Virus record (IMG/VR): IMGVR_UViG_3300045988_055950
Length of the DNA: 45,467 nt
Source: a virus
Strand: one strand, 5' to 3'
Positions within the stretch are counted from its first letter, which is position 1. The number at the start of each line of letters is the position of its first letter. The notes beneath the pieces were generated by a model. That model worked only from the letters and a program-made list of their open reading frames with translations, made no database searches and was not told the DNA's origin. The translations under genes and the position numbers were made by a program. Positions 23,036-32,912 of the stretch are shown here, in pieces.

Positions 23036-24532
23036 ATGATGTTCAATTTTGCTGAATCCTTCAAAGCAAAACTTGAAAGACTGGTCAATATCAATGCTGC
23101 ATCCAAGTTGACAGATGAACAGTTCATTGTGAAGGAAATCAACAGATTCAAGCAGTCACAGAGAAGAAAAGAAATGCTTGATGGTGAAAGATACTTTGAT
23201 GGATGTCATGACATTTTGTCCAGGGAAAGGACAGTCATTGGAAAAGATGGTGAACTGGAAATAGTCAAGAATCTTCCAAACAACAGAATTGTTGACAATC
23301 AGTATAAAAAGATGGTCATTCAGAAATCCAACTATCTGTTGGGTCAACCTTTCACCATCCAGTGTGACAATGATGCTTATGTGAAGATTCTGAAACAGTT
23401 CCTGAATAAAAAGTTCATGCGAACTTTGAAAGCAGTTGGTGAAGATTCCCTGAATTGTGGAATTGCTTGGTTATTCCCTATGTATGATGACCAGGGCAAG
23501 TTCATTTTCAAGCGGTTCAGACCTTGGGAAATCATCCCAGGATGGAAGGATGCAGAACACACTGAACTGGAATATTTCATCAGAATCTATGAAGTGGTTG
23601 GATATGTTGGAAACACTGAAAAGGTCATTGAAAAAGTTGAAGTCTATGATGAATCAGGTGTTTCTTATTTTGAACTGACTGATGGCGGTCAGCTTATTCC
23701 TGATGGTGAACAGCATGTTCCATATTTCAGCATTGAAGACCAGGGATTCAACTGGACAAAGATTCCATTGATTCCTTTCAAGTATAACAACAAGGAAATC
23801 CCATTGATTAAGATGGTGAAGTCCTTGCAGGATGGTCTGAATTTGATTGAATCCAACTTTCAGAATCAGATGGAAGAAGACACAAGGAACACAATCTTGG
23901 TTCTTGTGAACTATGATGGTGAAAATCTTGGTGAATTCAGAAAGAATCTTGCAACCTATGGTGCAGTGAAGGTCAGAACAGTTGATGGTGCAGGCGGTGA
24001 TGTCAGAACACTTCAAGTTGAAGTCAATTCTGACAATTACAAAGCAATTCTTGAACTGTTCAAAAAGGCAATCATTGAAAATGCTATGGGTTATGATGCA
24101 AAGGATGACAGAATGTCAGGAAATCCAAATCAGATGAACATTCAATCAATGTATTCTGACATTGACCTGGATGCAAATGGAATGGAAACTGAATATCAGG
24201 CATCTTTTGAAGAACTGTTGTGGTTTATCAATTGTCATCTGTTCAATGTTGGTATGGGTGACTATGAACAGGAAGATGTGGAAATCATATTCAACAGGGA
24301 TATGATGCTGAATGAAGGTGAAGTCATTGACAACATCAGCAAGTCTGTTGGAATCATCAGTGATGAAACCCTTGTTGCACAGCATCCATGGGTTGATGAT
24401 GTTCAGGCAGAACTTGACAGACTGGAAGAACAGAAAAAGAAAAACATGGAAGAATATGGGCTTGGATTCAATCCTGGTCAGAATGTTCCACCTGATGACC
24501 CAGGCGGTGAAGAAGGTGCAGGTGATGAATAA
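23036..24532 (+). CDS. Portal protein (SPP1 gp6-like)
   Basis: 498 aa. DGERYFDGCHDIL...NNRIVDNQYKKMV...YLLGQPFT is typical of SPP1-type portals, and the gene order fits. Confidence 0.85.
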   Translation: MMFNFAESFKAKLERLVNINAASKLTDEQFIVKEINRFKQSQRRKEMLDGERYFDGCHDILSRERTVIGKDGELEIVKNLPNNRIVDNQYKKMVIQKSNYLLGQPFTIQCDNDAYVKILKQFLNKKFMRTLKAVGEDSLNCGIAWLFPMYDDQGKFIFKRFRPWEIIPGWKDAEHTELEYFIRIYEVVGYVGNTEKVIEKVEVYDESGVSYFELTDGGQLIPDGEQHVPYFSIEDQGFNWTKIPLIPFKYNNKEIPLIKMVKSLQDGLNLIESNFQNQMEEDTRNTILVLVNYDGENLGEFRKNLATYGAVKVRTVDGAGGDVRTLQVEVNSDNYKAILELFKKAIIENAMGYDAKDDRMSGNPNQMNIQSMYSDIDLDANGMETEYQASFEELLWFINCHLFNVGMGDYEQEDVEIIFNRDMMLNEGEVIDNISKSVGIISDETLVAQHPWVDDVQAELDRLEEQKKKNMEEYGLGFNPGQNVPPDDPGGEEGAGDE

Positions 24533-26445
24533 TGGCAAAGAAATCATCTGCATACTGGCAGAAACGATTTTCAGCACTTGAAAATGCACAAAATCAGTAT
24601 GGACAGAACACCTTCCATCAGATTGAACCTGCTTTTGATAAAGCAGAAAGACAGATTCAAGCACAGATTGAAGCCTGGTATGCAAGATATGCTTCCAACA
24701 ATGGAATCACACTGGCAGAAGCAAGAAAACAGTTGTCTGCTGCTGAACTAAAAGAATTGCAATGGGATGTCAAGGAATACATCAAGTATGGACAGGAAAA
24801 TGCAATGAATCAGCAGTGGATGAAAGAACTTGAAAATGCATCAGCAAGATTCCACATCAGCAGACTGGAAGCCTTGAAACTTCGGACACAGCAATCATTG
24901 GAAGTTGCTTTTGGCAATGAACTTGATTCCTTGGATGGTATGGTCAAAAGACTTTATCAGTCAGGATATTATCACACATGTTTTGAAGTGCAGAAGGGTT
25001 TCAATATTGGTTGGGAAATCGGTCAGATTGATGAAAGGAAGCTGCAAAAGGTCATCAGTAAACCTTGGGCAGCAGATGGAAAGACCTTTTCAGACAGGGT
25101 GTGGCAATCAAAGACCACAATGGTCAATGAACTGCATCAGCAGATGACAAGGACAATCATTCAGGGGAAAGCACCTGATGAAGCAATCAAGTCCATGACC
25201 AAATATCTGCAAAACAAGACCAAGAATGCAAAATACAATGCAGGAAGACTTGTGATGACTGAACAGGCATTCATCAGTTCTGCTGCACAAAAGGATGCAT
25301 TCAATGACCTGGATGTTGAAGAATTTGAGATTGTCGCAACACTGGACAGTCACACTTCTGATATATGCAGGGAAATGGATGGAAAGCACTTCCCTATGAA
25401 GGATTTTCAACCAGGTGTCACTGCACCACCTTTTCATGTATGGTGCAGGTCAACAACTGTTCCATACTTTGATGATGAATGGGGCAGAAGCGGTGAAAGA
25501 GCAGCAAGGGGTGAAGATGGTAAAACATATTATGTTCCTGCTGATATGACATATCCTGAATGGGAAAAGGCAATGGTTGATGGTCATACAGATGATTTGA
25601 AACCTGCTGTTCCTGATGGTATAATTAAATCAAAGAAGGAAACAATTCAAACCCTTGATAAACTGAAACAGTCAGGAATTCCTGAATCTGAATATGATGA
25701 ATATTTAGGAATTATAAACAATCATGAAAATCCTGACATCATAAAGTTGTATAAACATCATGCGGATGAAATAACAAAAGTTAAAAAGACAAACAGTGGT
25801 TCATATTCACCTGTTGATAAATCACTGGTGTTTGATTATCCAAAATATGATGACATGAACAAATATGGAACACTGGCACATGAATATGGTCATTTCTTTG
25901 ATGCAGAAGTCAAATATGAAGGATTGCATTTCAATGAAATTCAAGCAGTTCAGAATGCAACTGGATTAAATGCAGCATTCAAAGAAGTTGCAAGTTCCAG
26001 TGATGAATTTCTTGCAACAATCAGAAAAGACAAAGAACATATTAGAAGTATTTATACAACAGAAGCAAAAGCAGATTTAATTGCACATAATGCAAGCAGT
26101 GGTGTTCAAGATGCAATTGATGGTTTATTCCCAAAATCAAGAATTAGATGGGGGCATGGTGAACGATATTATAATCGTAAATATGCAGACATTGAATTCA
26201 TGGATAAACTGTCATCAGTAACTTCAAGAAAAAAGAAATTGCAACAGGTTTATAAAGATTTAGGACTTGATGCAAGCAATCAAGCAAAAGTAAAAACAAT
26301 TTGCAGACAATATGAAGCTGCATCAGAAGCATGGGCAAACATTATGAGTGCAGAAGTTTGTGGTGGTGAAGCATTGGAATATGTGAAAAAGTACCTTCCA
26401 AACAGTTATGCTGCAATGCTTGATATTTTGAAAGGGGTGAAGTAA
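24532..26445 (+). CDS. Head morphogenesis protein (Phage_Mu_F / SPP1 gp7-like) with a ~290-aa C-terminal extension carrying HExxH
   Basis: MuF core ATLDSHTSDICREMDGKHF...PPFHVWCRSTTVPY. The extension contains YGTLAHEYGHFFD. Confidence 0.85.
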   Translation: MAKKSSAYWQKRFSALENAQNQYGQNTFHQIEPAFDKAERQIQAQIEAWYARYASNNGITLAEARKQLSAAELKELQWDVKEYIKYGQENAMNQQWMKELENASARFHISRLEALKLRTQQSLEVAFGNELDSLDGMVKRLYQSGYYHTCFEVQKGFNIGWEIGQIDERKLQKVISKPWAADGKTFSDRVWQSKTTMVNELHQQMTRTIIQGKAPDEAIKSMTKYLQNKTKNAKYNAGRLVMTEQAFISSAAQKDAFNDLDVEEFEIVATLDSHTSDICREMDGKHFPMKDFQPGVTAPPFHVWCRSTTVPYFDDEWGRSGERAARGEDGKTYYVPADMTYPEWEKAMVDGHTDDLKPAVPDGIIKSKKETIQTLDKLKQSGIPESEYDEYLGIINNHENPDIIKLYKHHADEITKVKKTNSGSYSPVDKSLVFDYPKYDDMNKYGTLAHEYGHFFDAEVKYEGLHFNEIQAVQNATGLNAAFKEVASSSDEFLATIRKDKEHIRSIYTTEAKADLIAHNASSGVQDAIDGLFPKSRIRWGHGERYYNRKYADIEFMDKLSSVTSRKKKLQQVYKDLGLDASNQAKVKTICRQYEAASEAWANIMSAEVCGGEALEYVKKYLPNSYAAMLDILKGVK

Positions 26446-26628
26446 ATGAATGAACTTGACAAAGCACTGGAACTTTATGAACAGACATTTGATGATTCAT
26501 TCCCTATGTTTTCTATGATGACAAAACCACCTGATGAAGTGGTGGACATCATCAATAAATGTGTTTCTGCAAAGAAAGATGTTTATGACATGGGTTATTT
26601 ATCTTTGAATGATGATACTATGTATTAG
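26446..26628 (+). CDS. Small acidic hypothetical protein (candidate immunity or partner of the MuF extension)
   Basis: 60-aa ORF. The ATG overlaps the MuF stop (TAAATG), and a terminator follows. Confidence 0.5.
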   Translation: MNELDKALELYEQTFDDSFPMFSMMTKPPDEVVDIINKCVSAKKDVYDMGYLSLNDDTMY

Positions 26629-26635
26629 TATCTTG

Positions 26636-26662
26636 AAAAGCACCTGAAAGGGTGCTTTTTTA
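26636..26662 (+). terminator. Rho-independent terminator
   Basis: AAAAGCACC-TGAAAG-GGTGCTTTTTT. Confidence 0.8.
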
Positions 26663-26674
26663 ATGCGTTAAAAT

Positions 26675-26760
26675 ATCAGACCTATTGAAAAATTTATGAA
26701 GAAGAAAATGTGCAGAGGTGACACAGAAGTAACTTCCTTTCAATGGGTCTGATTTTTATT
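26675..26760 (+). other. Long-range inverted repeat followed by a T-run (structured RNA or second terminator)
   Basis: ATCAGACCTATTGAAA (26675..26690) pairs with TTTCAATGGGTCTGAT (26738..26753) at 15 of 16 positions, followed by TTTTATT. An inner GAAGT-A-ACTTC hairpin is also present. Confidence 0.35.
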
Positions 26761-26849
26761 GACCTGGTGGAAGTCGAAAAAAGACACATTCAACAACAAA
26801 TCTGATGCTGAAAGAACAGCGAAAACAAACTGAAAGGATGGTTTTGAAC

Positions 26850-27473
26850 ATGAAAAGAAAGTTTTTGGAAGACATGGGTTTAGAGAAGGAACAGGTTGAC
26901 AAGATTCTTGATGAAAACAGTCAGGATATTGGAAAGGCAAAGGGTGATTCTGAAAAGATTCAGAAAGACCTGGATGCAGCAAATGCAGAAGTTGAATCCT
27001 TAAAGGGTCAGATTTCTGATAGAGATAAACAGCTTGAAACTTTGAAGAATTCCACAGGTGATGTTGAAGGAATGAAACAGGAAATTGCAAAATTACAGGC
27101 TGACAACAAAGCAAAAGATGATGCACATGCTGCTGAAATTAAGCAGCTTAAAATTGATGCTGCAATAGATTCTGCACTGACTGGTGCAAAGGCAAAGAAT
27201 AACACTGCTGTCAAGGCACTTCTGAAAGACCTGGACAAGGCTGAACTTGCAGAAGATGGCACAATCAAGGGTCTTGCAGAACAGATTGAAGCATTGCAGA
27301 AGTCTGATGCTTATTTATTCGACACCACAACCAAAAAGCAGACCCAGGTGAAGGGTGCAAAACCTGGTGAATCAGGAAATGAAGATGGTGACCATGGGGT
27401 TGACACATCCAAAATGACCTATTCAGAACTTGCTGCTTATATGGCAGAACACCCTGATGCAAAAATTGATTAA
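26850..27473 (+). CDS. Scaffolding protein (DUF4355-like)
   Basis: MKRKFLEDMGLEKEQVDKILDENSQDIGK N-terminus, a charged coiled coil, and position immediately before the capsid gene. Confidence 0.75.
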   Translation: MKRKFLEDMGLEKEQVDKILDENSQDIGKAKGDSEKIQKDLDAANAEVESLKGQISDRDKQLETLKNSTGDVEGMKQEIAKLQADNKAKDDAHAAEIKQLKIDAAIDSALTGAKAKNNTAVKALLKDLDKAELAEDGTIKGLAEQIEALQKSDAYLFDTTTKKQTQVKGAKPGESGNEDGDHGVDTSKMTYSELAAYMAEHPDAKID

Positions 27474-27501
27474 ATTTTAAGAAAGGAAAAGGTGAAACAA
27501 A

Positions 27502-28695
27502 ATGGCAAAATTTGATTCCAAAAGTTTCAATCCCCAGGCATTCGGTGCTTATGTGAACCGAATTCCTAATGTAACTAAAAACGAACTTGCAAAGAGTGGT
27601 GCAGTCGGTTCTAATGAGCAGGCAAAGGCAGCACTTGCAAATCAGACTGGTTCTTTATATGCAAGAATCCCTTACTTTGGCAGAATTGATGGTTCTACCA
27701 GTCAGAACAATGATGGTGCAACCAACATCACAAGCACTGGCACAACCACATATGAGCAGGGATTCATTGTGGCAAGCAGAATGGATTCTTGGACTGAAAG
27801 AAGTTTCAGCAAGAACATCACAGCAGGTGTTGACTTCATGGATAATGTTGCAGCACAGATTGCTGATTACAAGATGGATGTCAGACAGGCAATGCTGCTT
27901 GCAATCTTAAAGGGTGTATTCAGCATGAAGCAGGACACTTCTGTTGCAGGTAAAGCAGCAAAGGAATTCCTTGCAAAGCATGTTTATGACATCACTGTAA
28001 AGGGTGCAGAAGCAGGTCTTGTTGGTTCTGCTACTCTTAACAAGGCAATTCAGCAGGCTTGTGGTGATAACAAGAACATCTTCAAACTTGTCATCATGCA
28101 TAGTGAGGTTGCAACAAACCTTGAAAACATCAAGCTGTTAAAGTACATGACACAGACTGATGGTGATGGTATTGAAAGAGAACTTGCACTTGCAACATGG
28201 AATGGAAGACTTGTTCTGATTGATGACAACATGCCTTCTGAAAGTGGTTACTATGCAGCATCTGCAAATGATGAAGGTGCTATGCAGATTAAGGCAAGCG
28301 GTGCAACTGGTTCTGCTGAAATCAACCTTGCAGATGTCAAGAAGGGTGCATTCTATCCTGATGGTGCTGCTGCTGACCAGTATGTTGTTGCAGGTGACAA
28401 ATACACCACATACACCCTTGGTGATGGTGCAATCATCCTTGATGACATTGGTGATGCAGTACCTTATGAAATGAGTAGAGACCCTAAGACAAATGGTGGT
28501 CAGGACACACTTTATGTGCGTGATAGATACATTTGCGGTGTTGATGGCATTTCCTTTGAAAAGCCTGCAAGCATCACTGCATCTGCTTCCAACACTGACC
28601 TTGCAAATGGTGACAACTGGAACATTATCAATGATGGTACAAAGGCAATTCCACACAAGGCAATTGCAATTGCAAAGATTGTTTCCAGGGGTTAA
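27502..28695 (+). CDS. Major capsid protein
   Basis: 397 aa, strong RBS, directly after the scaffold gene, with highly biased (highly expressed-type) codon use. The family is not assigned. Confidence 0.75.
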   Translation: MAKFDSKSFNPQAFGAYVNRIPNVTKNELAKSGAVGSNEQAKAALANQTGSLYARIPYFGRIDGSTSQNNDGATNITSTGTTTYEQGFIVASRMDSWTERSFSKNITAGVDFMDNVAAQIADYKMDVRQAMLLAILKGVFSMKQDTSVAGKAAKEFLAKHVYDITVKGAEAGLVGSATLNKAIQQACGDNKNIFKLVIMHSEVATNLENIKLLKYMTQTDGDGIERELALATWNGRLVLIDDNMPSESGYYAASANDEGAMQIKASGATGSAEINLADVKKGAFYPDGAAADQYVVAGDKYTTYTLGDGAIILDDIGDAVPYEMSRDPKTNGGQDTLYVRDRYICGVDGISFEKPASITASASNTDLANGDNWNIINDGTKAIPHKAIAIAKIVSRG

Positions 28696-28717
28696 TTGAT
28701 GAAAGAAGGGTGATGAT

Positions 28718-29167
28718 ATGGCACTGACAGATGAAACAAAGCAGTCCATCATCACAGCATTGGACACTTCCAGTCTTGATGAATCCTTCATTGAAGCGGT
28801 TCTGAAAAGACTGGATTCCTTTGGTTATGAAATCAAGGAGTCTGATGCCTGGATGATTGGTTTTGCAATGCAGAAGGTGGAAAACACCATCAAGAATGAG
28901 TGCAATATATCTGAAATCCCTGACGGACTTTTTCACACAGCGGTGGACATGTCTTGTGGTGAATTCCTGTTTGCTAAAAAGCAGACTGGACAGTTAGAAA
29001 TTGGTGACCTTGATTTGACTGGTGCTATTTCAAGCATCAAGGAAGGTGACACCCAGGTGAACTTCAATGGTGATGAAAGTGATTCTGACAAGGTTGACAT
29101 CTTGCTGAATTATCTTCTGAACAGTGGGAAGGGGGAATTGGTGTGTTATCGAAAAATCAGGTGGTAA
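28718..29167 (+). CDS. Head-tail connector (gp6-like) protein, tentative
   Basis: 149-aa ORF. The call rests on its position after the capsid gene. Confidence 0.45.
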   Translation: MALTDETKQSIITALDTSSLDESFIEAVLKRLDSFGYEIKESDAWMIGFAMQKVENTIKNECNISEIPDGLFHTAVDMSCGEFLFAKKQTGQLEIGDLDLTGAISSIKEGDTQVNFNGDESDSDKVDILLNYLLNSGKGELVCYRKIRW

Positions 29168-29517
29168 AGGCAAGGAAAGCAATTGAATCCATGTATGATG
29201 GTACTTGCACAATTACTGAATATCAGGAATACACCAAGGAAAACAAATCCACAGGACATCATGAAGTGGTGGTTTTGGAAGGGCAACCTTGCAGGTTGTC
29301 TTTTTCCAGTTTCCCAAATACAAATCAGACAGACACTGCTGCACAATTGGTTCAGACAATCAAGATTTTCCTTGCACCTGAAATCAGGGTGCAGGCAGGT
29401 TCAAAGCTGACTGTCACACAGAATGGTGTGACAACTGAATACAAGTCCAGTGGTGAACCTGCATTGTATCAGACACATCAGGAAATTATGCTTGAACTGT
29501 TTAAGGGGTGGGCATAA
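29143..29517 (+). CDS. Head closure / head-tail adaptor protein, tentative
   Basis: 124-aa ORF. The call rests on gene order. The start is uncertain (GTG 29143 or ATG 29191). Confidence 0.45.
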   Translation: MLSKNQVVKARKAIESMYDGTCTITEYQEYTKENKSTGHHEVVVLEGQPCRLSFSSFPNTNQTDTAAQLVQTIKIFLAPEIRVQAGSKLTVTQNGVTTEYKSSGEPALYQTHQEIMLELFKGWA

Positions 29518-29985
29518 ATGGCAAGAAGCGGAACATTCAACTTCCAGGACTTTGAAAAAATCAAGAACAACCTGGAAAAACTGAACCAGGAACAGGTGGA
29601 CTTGTTTATTGATGCTTGTGCAAAAGAACTTGCAGCAAGACTTCTTGCAAAAGTCATCAAAAGGACACCTGTTGGTGATTATCCAAACAGTTCAGGGAAA
29701 AAAGGTGGCACACTTCGCAGGGGTTGGACTGGTGGAAAGAATTCAAGTGCTGTTGCTTATGCTGATTCATTGACCATTCACCATTTTGGTGATGCTTATG
29801 TGATTGAAATTATCAATCCAGTGGAATATGCATCTTATGTTGAATTTGGACATAGGACTGCAAACCATAAAGGATGGGTCAATGGTCGGTTTATGCTGAC
29901 AATATCTGAACAGGAAATTCAACAGGCTGCACCTGCAATCATAGAAAAGAAGCTGATGAAGCAGATGGGGGAATTGTTCACATGA
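29518..29985 (+). CDS. HK97 gp10-like neck/tail-completion protein
   Basis: VEYASYVEFGHRT matches the gp10 family signature (YA..VE.G). Confidence 0.65.
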   Translation: MARSGTFNFQDFEKIKNNLEKLNQEQVDLFIDACAKELAARLLAKVIKRTPVGDYPNSSGKKGGTLRRGWTGGKNSSAVAYADSLTIHHFGDAYVIEIINPVEYASYVEFGHRTANHKGWVNGRFMLTISEQEIQQAAPAIIEKKLMKQMGELFT

Positions 29986-30404
29986 TAAATAAAATTATTG
30001 ATGGAATCAGCATTTCCCTGAATGCTGAATTCGGTGATGATTACAAGATTTATACAGAATCCATTGAACAAGGCTTGAAAGAGCCTTGTTTTTCTATTGT
30101 TTGTGTGAATCCAACAAATGAATTGTTCAGGGGCAAGAAATATTTCAGGAAGAATCTTTTCTGCATCCAGTATTTCCCTAAAGGGGAAGACAAGCGGTCA
30201 GAATGCATGGATGTCCTGGAAAGAATGTTTGATTGCTTGGAAGTCATCAAAGTTGGTGAAGACCTGCAAAGGGGAACATCAATGCATGGTGAAGTGGTTG
30301 ACCAGGTTCTGAACTTCTTTGTCAACTATGACATGTTTGTCTATAAGGTTGAAAGCACTGATGCAATGGAAACCATGGATTTGACATCAAATGTGAAAGG
30401 GTGA
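29982..30404 (+). CDS. Tail completion / sheath terminator-type protein, tentative
   Basis: 140-aa ORF with an overlapping ATGA junction. The call rests on gene order. Confidence 0.45.
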   Translation: MINKIIDGISISLNAEFGDDYKIYTESIEQGLKEPCFSIVCVNPTNELFRGKKYFRKNLFCIQYFPKGEDKRSECMDVLERMFDCLEVIKVGEDLQRGTSMHGEVVDQVLNFFVNYDMFVYKVESTDAMETMDLTSNVKG

Positions 30405-30408
30405 AGAC

Positions 30409-30588
30409 ATGGCAAAAAGAAATGAAGCATCTGTTCTGAAATTCAGCAAGGAACAGATTGTTGCTTCCAAGAAATACAGTCCTTACAAGGACTTTTTCAA
30501 TGGTAACTTGAAAACTGGTCAGATGTATTCAGAAGCTGAACTGAATGCACTGATTACAAAGAATTTTAAGAAAGGAACAGGTGAATAA
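30409..30588 (+). CDS. Small hypothetical protein (59 aa, not in the ORF track)
   Basis: My own translation: MAKRNEASVLKFSKEQIVASKKYSPYKDFFNGNLKTGQMYSEAELNALITKNFKKGTGE. It fills the gap before the sheath gene, and RBS GAAAGGGTGAAG precedes it. Confidence 0.45.
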   Translation: MAKRNEASVLKFSKEQIVASKKYSPYKDFFNGNLKTGQMYSEAELNALITKNFKKGTGE

Positions 30589-30590
30589 AA

Positions 30591-31901
30591 ATGGCACTTG
30601 GTGGTGGTACTTTTTTAACACAGAACAAGGTTCTTCCTGGTGCATACATCAATTTCATTTCTGTTGCAACTGCATCCACTAACATGAGTGATAGAGGATA
30701 TGCAGCAATGGGTCTTGAACTTGATTGGGGTCAGGAAGGAAAGATTTTTGAAGTCACAAATGGTGATTTTCAGAAGAACAGTATGAAGATTTTCGGTCAT
30801 TCCTATGGTGATGACTGCATGAAGGGTCTTCGTGACCTGTTCAAGAATATTCAGACCTTATATGCATATCGTCTGAATGGCGGTGGCACAAAGGCAGCAA
30901 ATACTTTTGCAACTGCACTTTATGGTGGAACAAGGGGAAATGACATCAAGATTGCTGTCCAGGCAAATGTTGATGACAACCAGTTATTTGATGTTCAGAC
31001 ATGGCTTGATGGTGTTCTGATGGACACACAGACAGTCAAGAAAGCATCTGAACTTGTTGCAAATGATTATGTCACATTCAAGACATCTGCTTCCCTTGCA
31101 GTAACAGCTGCAACAGCACTTGCAGGTGGTACAGATGGAACTGCTAACACAGCAGCACATCAGGCATTCCTGGACAAGGTTGAATCTTATCCTTCAATCA
31201 ATGCAATTGGTTATGTTGGAACAGACACTGCAACAAAAGGACTTTATGCTGCATTTGCTAAAAGAATGCGTGATGAAGTTGGTGTCAAGTTCCAGGCGGT
31301 TGTGTATGGTCAGGCTGCTGATTATGAAGGTGTTATCAATGTCAAGAACAAGGTTCTTGATGATGGTGCAAATGAAGCATCCCTTGTTTATTGGGTGACT
31401 GGTGTTGCAGCAGGAACTGCTGTCAATGCATCTGCAACAAACAAGATTTATGATGGTGAATTTGACATCAATGTTGATTATACACAGTCACAGCTTGAAG
31501 CAGCAATCAAAGCAGGTGAATTCACACTTCATCAGGTTGGTTCTGATGTGCGTGTTCTTACTGACATCAATTCCCTTGTCACTACAACTGCAAACAAGGG
31601 TGATGTGTTCAAGGATAATCAGACAATCAGAGTTTGTGACCAAATTGCAACAGACATTGCAAATCTTTTTGTGACCAAATACCTTGGTGTTGTTCCAAAT
31701 GATGCAAGCGGTAGAACTTCCCTTTGGGCAGATATTGTGAAGCATCATGAGAACATGCAGAGCATCAGAGCAATTGAGAAATTCACAGATGAAGATGTGA
31801 CTGTTGACCAGGGTGAAACAAAGAAGTCTGTTGTGGTTACTGACAACATCACTGTTGTGAACACTATGGAAAAACTGTATATGACAGTTTATGTGGCATA
31901 A
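30591..31901 (+). CDS. Tail sheath protein (XkdK-like)
   Basis: 436 aa. N-terminus MALGGGTFLTQNKVLPGAYINF. Followed by an XkdM-like tube gene. Confidence 0.85.
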   Translation: MALGGGTFLTQNKVLPGAYINFISVATASTNMSDRGYAAMGLELDWGQEGKIFEVTNGDFQKNSMKIFGHSYGDDCMKGLRDLFKNIQTLYAYRLNGGGTKAANTFATALYGGTRGNDIKIAVQANVDDNQLFDVQTWLDGVLMDTQTVKKASELVANDYVTFKTSASLAVTAATALAGGTDGTANTAAHQAFLDKVESYPSINAIGYVGTDTATKGLYAAFAKRMRDEVGVKFQAVVYGQAADYEGVINVKNKVLDDGANEASLVYWVTGVAAGTAVNASATNKIYDGEFDINVDYTQSQLEAAIKAGEFTLHQVGSDVRVLTDINSLVTTTANKGDVFKDNQTIRVCDQIATDIANLFVTKYLGVVPNDASGRTSLWADIVKHHENMQSIRAIEKFTDEDVTVDQGETKKSVVVTDNITVVNTMEKLYMTVYVA

Positions 31902-31918
31902 GGAAGGGGTGAATCAGA

Positions 31919-32389
31919 ATGTCAAACATTACCATGAAAGCAAAGGATTCTTTATCTGCAAAGTTAGCTGAATGTTATGTGACAATCAGTGGCAGAAGAT
32001 ACAACTTCATGCAGGCAATCAACTTTGAAGCAAACTTTGAAAGAACCAAGACAGAAATCCCTATTCTTGGAAAGACTGGAATGGGTAACAAGTCAACTGG
32101 TTGGAAGGGAACTGGTTCTGCAACCTTCCATTACAACACCAGTATTTTCAGGGAAATGATGCAGAGATACAAAGACACAGGTGAAGATGTGTACTTTGAA
32201 ATTCAGGTCACAAATGAAGACCCAACATCTGATGCAGGAAGACAGACAGTTGTCTTCATGGACTGCAACATTGATGGTGGTATTCTTGCCAAGTTTGATG
32301 CAGATGGTGAATATCTTGATGAAGATATGGATTTCACATTTGAGGACTTCAAGATGCCTGAAAAGTTCAACCTGCTTGCAGGAATGTAA
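31919..32389 (+). CDS. Tail tube protein (XkdM-like)
   Basis: 156 aa. AKLAECYVTISGRRYNFMQAINFEANFERTKTEIPILG resembles the XkdM family. Confidence 0.85.
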   Translation: MSNITMKAKDSLSAKLAECYVTISGRRYNFMQAINFEANFERTKTEIPILGKTGMGNKSTGWKGTGSATFHYNTSIFREMMQRYKDTGEDVYFEIQVTNEDPTSDAGRQTVVFMDCNIDGGILAKFDADGEYLDEDMDFTFEDFKMPEKFNLLAGM

Positions 32390-32408
32390 TTTCAAACAAA
32401 ATCCAAGG

Positions 32409-32441
32409 ATGCAGTCAGATTTTTCTGACTGCATTTTTCTT
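32409..32441 (+). terminator. Rho-independent terminator after the tube gene
   Basis: ATGCAGTCAGA-TTTT-TCTGACTGCAT forms a perfect 11-bp stem, followed by TTTTCTT. Confidence 0.85.
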
Positions 32442-32480
32442 GGTATCTAAAACAATATTGAAAGGATGGGTGAAAATACC

Positions 32481-32912
32481 ATGTCAAATTTAAGTTTATT
32501 TTTAAAGAAAAACAAAAAGGTGAAGGAAAATGTGAAGTTTCCTGCAACAAAGTCACTTTGTGATGAAAAGGGAAATCCCCTTGAATGGGAAATCAAACCT
32601 TTAACAACCAGGGAATCTGATGACATCAGGGAAGCCTGCACCATTGAAATTCCTGTCAAGGGAAAGCCAAACATGTTCAGACAGAAGGTTAATTCTTCCA
32701 AGTTTGGTGCAAAGATGCTTGCATCTTCCATTGTATTTCCTGACCTTTACAATGCAGAACTTCAAGATTCTTATGGTGTTTCCACACCTGAGGACTTGGT
32801 TCGTGAAATGATTGATGACCCTGGTGAATATAACAAGTTCCTTGCTTATGTTCAGGAATTCAATGGTTTTGACAGTAACATGGAAGACAAGGTTGAAGAA
32901 GCAAAAAACTAA
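32481..32912 (+). CDS. Tail assembly chaperone (XkdN-like), zero-frame product
   Basis: Its position between tube and tape measure, together with the FLKKNKK..VKFPATKSLCDEKGNPLEWEIKPLT pattern, supports the call. The ATG at 32481 follows GAAAGGATGGGTGA; the ORF track start is 32466. Confidence 0.8.
   Translation: MSNLSLFLKKNKKVKENVKFPATKSLCDEKGNPLEWEIKPLTTRESDDIREACTIEIPVKGKPNMFRQKVNSSKFGAKMLASSIVFPDLYNAELQDSYGVSTPEDLVREMIDDPGEYNKFLAYVQEFNGFDSNMEDKVEEAKN
32903..32909 (+). promoter_or_regulatory. -1 programmed frameshift slippery heptamer A_AAA_AAC
   Basis: The zero frame reads gcA AAA AAC taa. The -1 frame stays open for 61 codons, to 33091. Confidence 0.6.
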
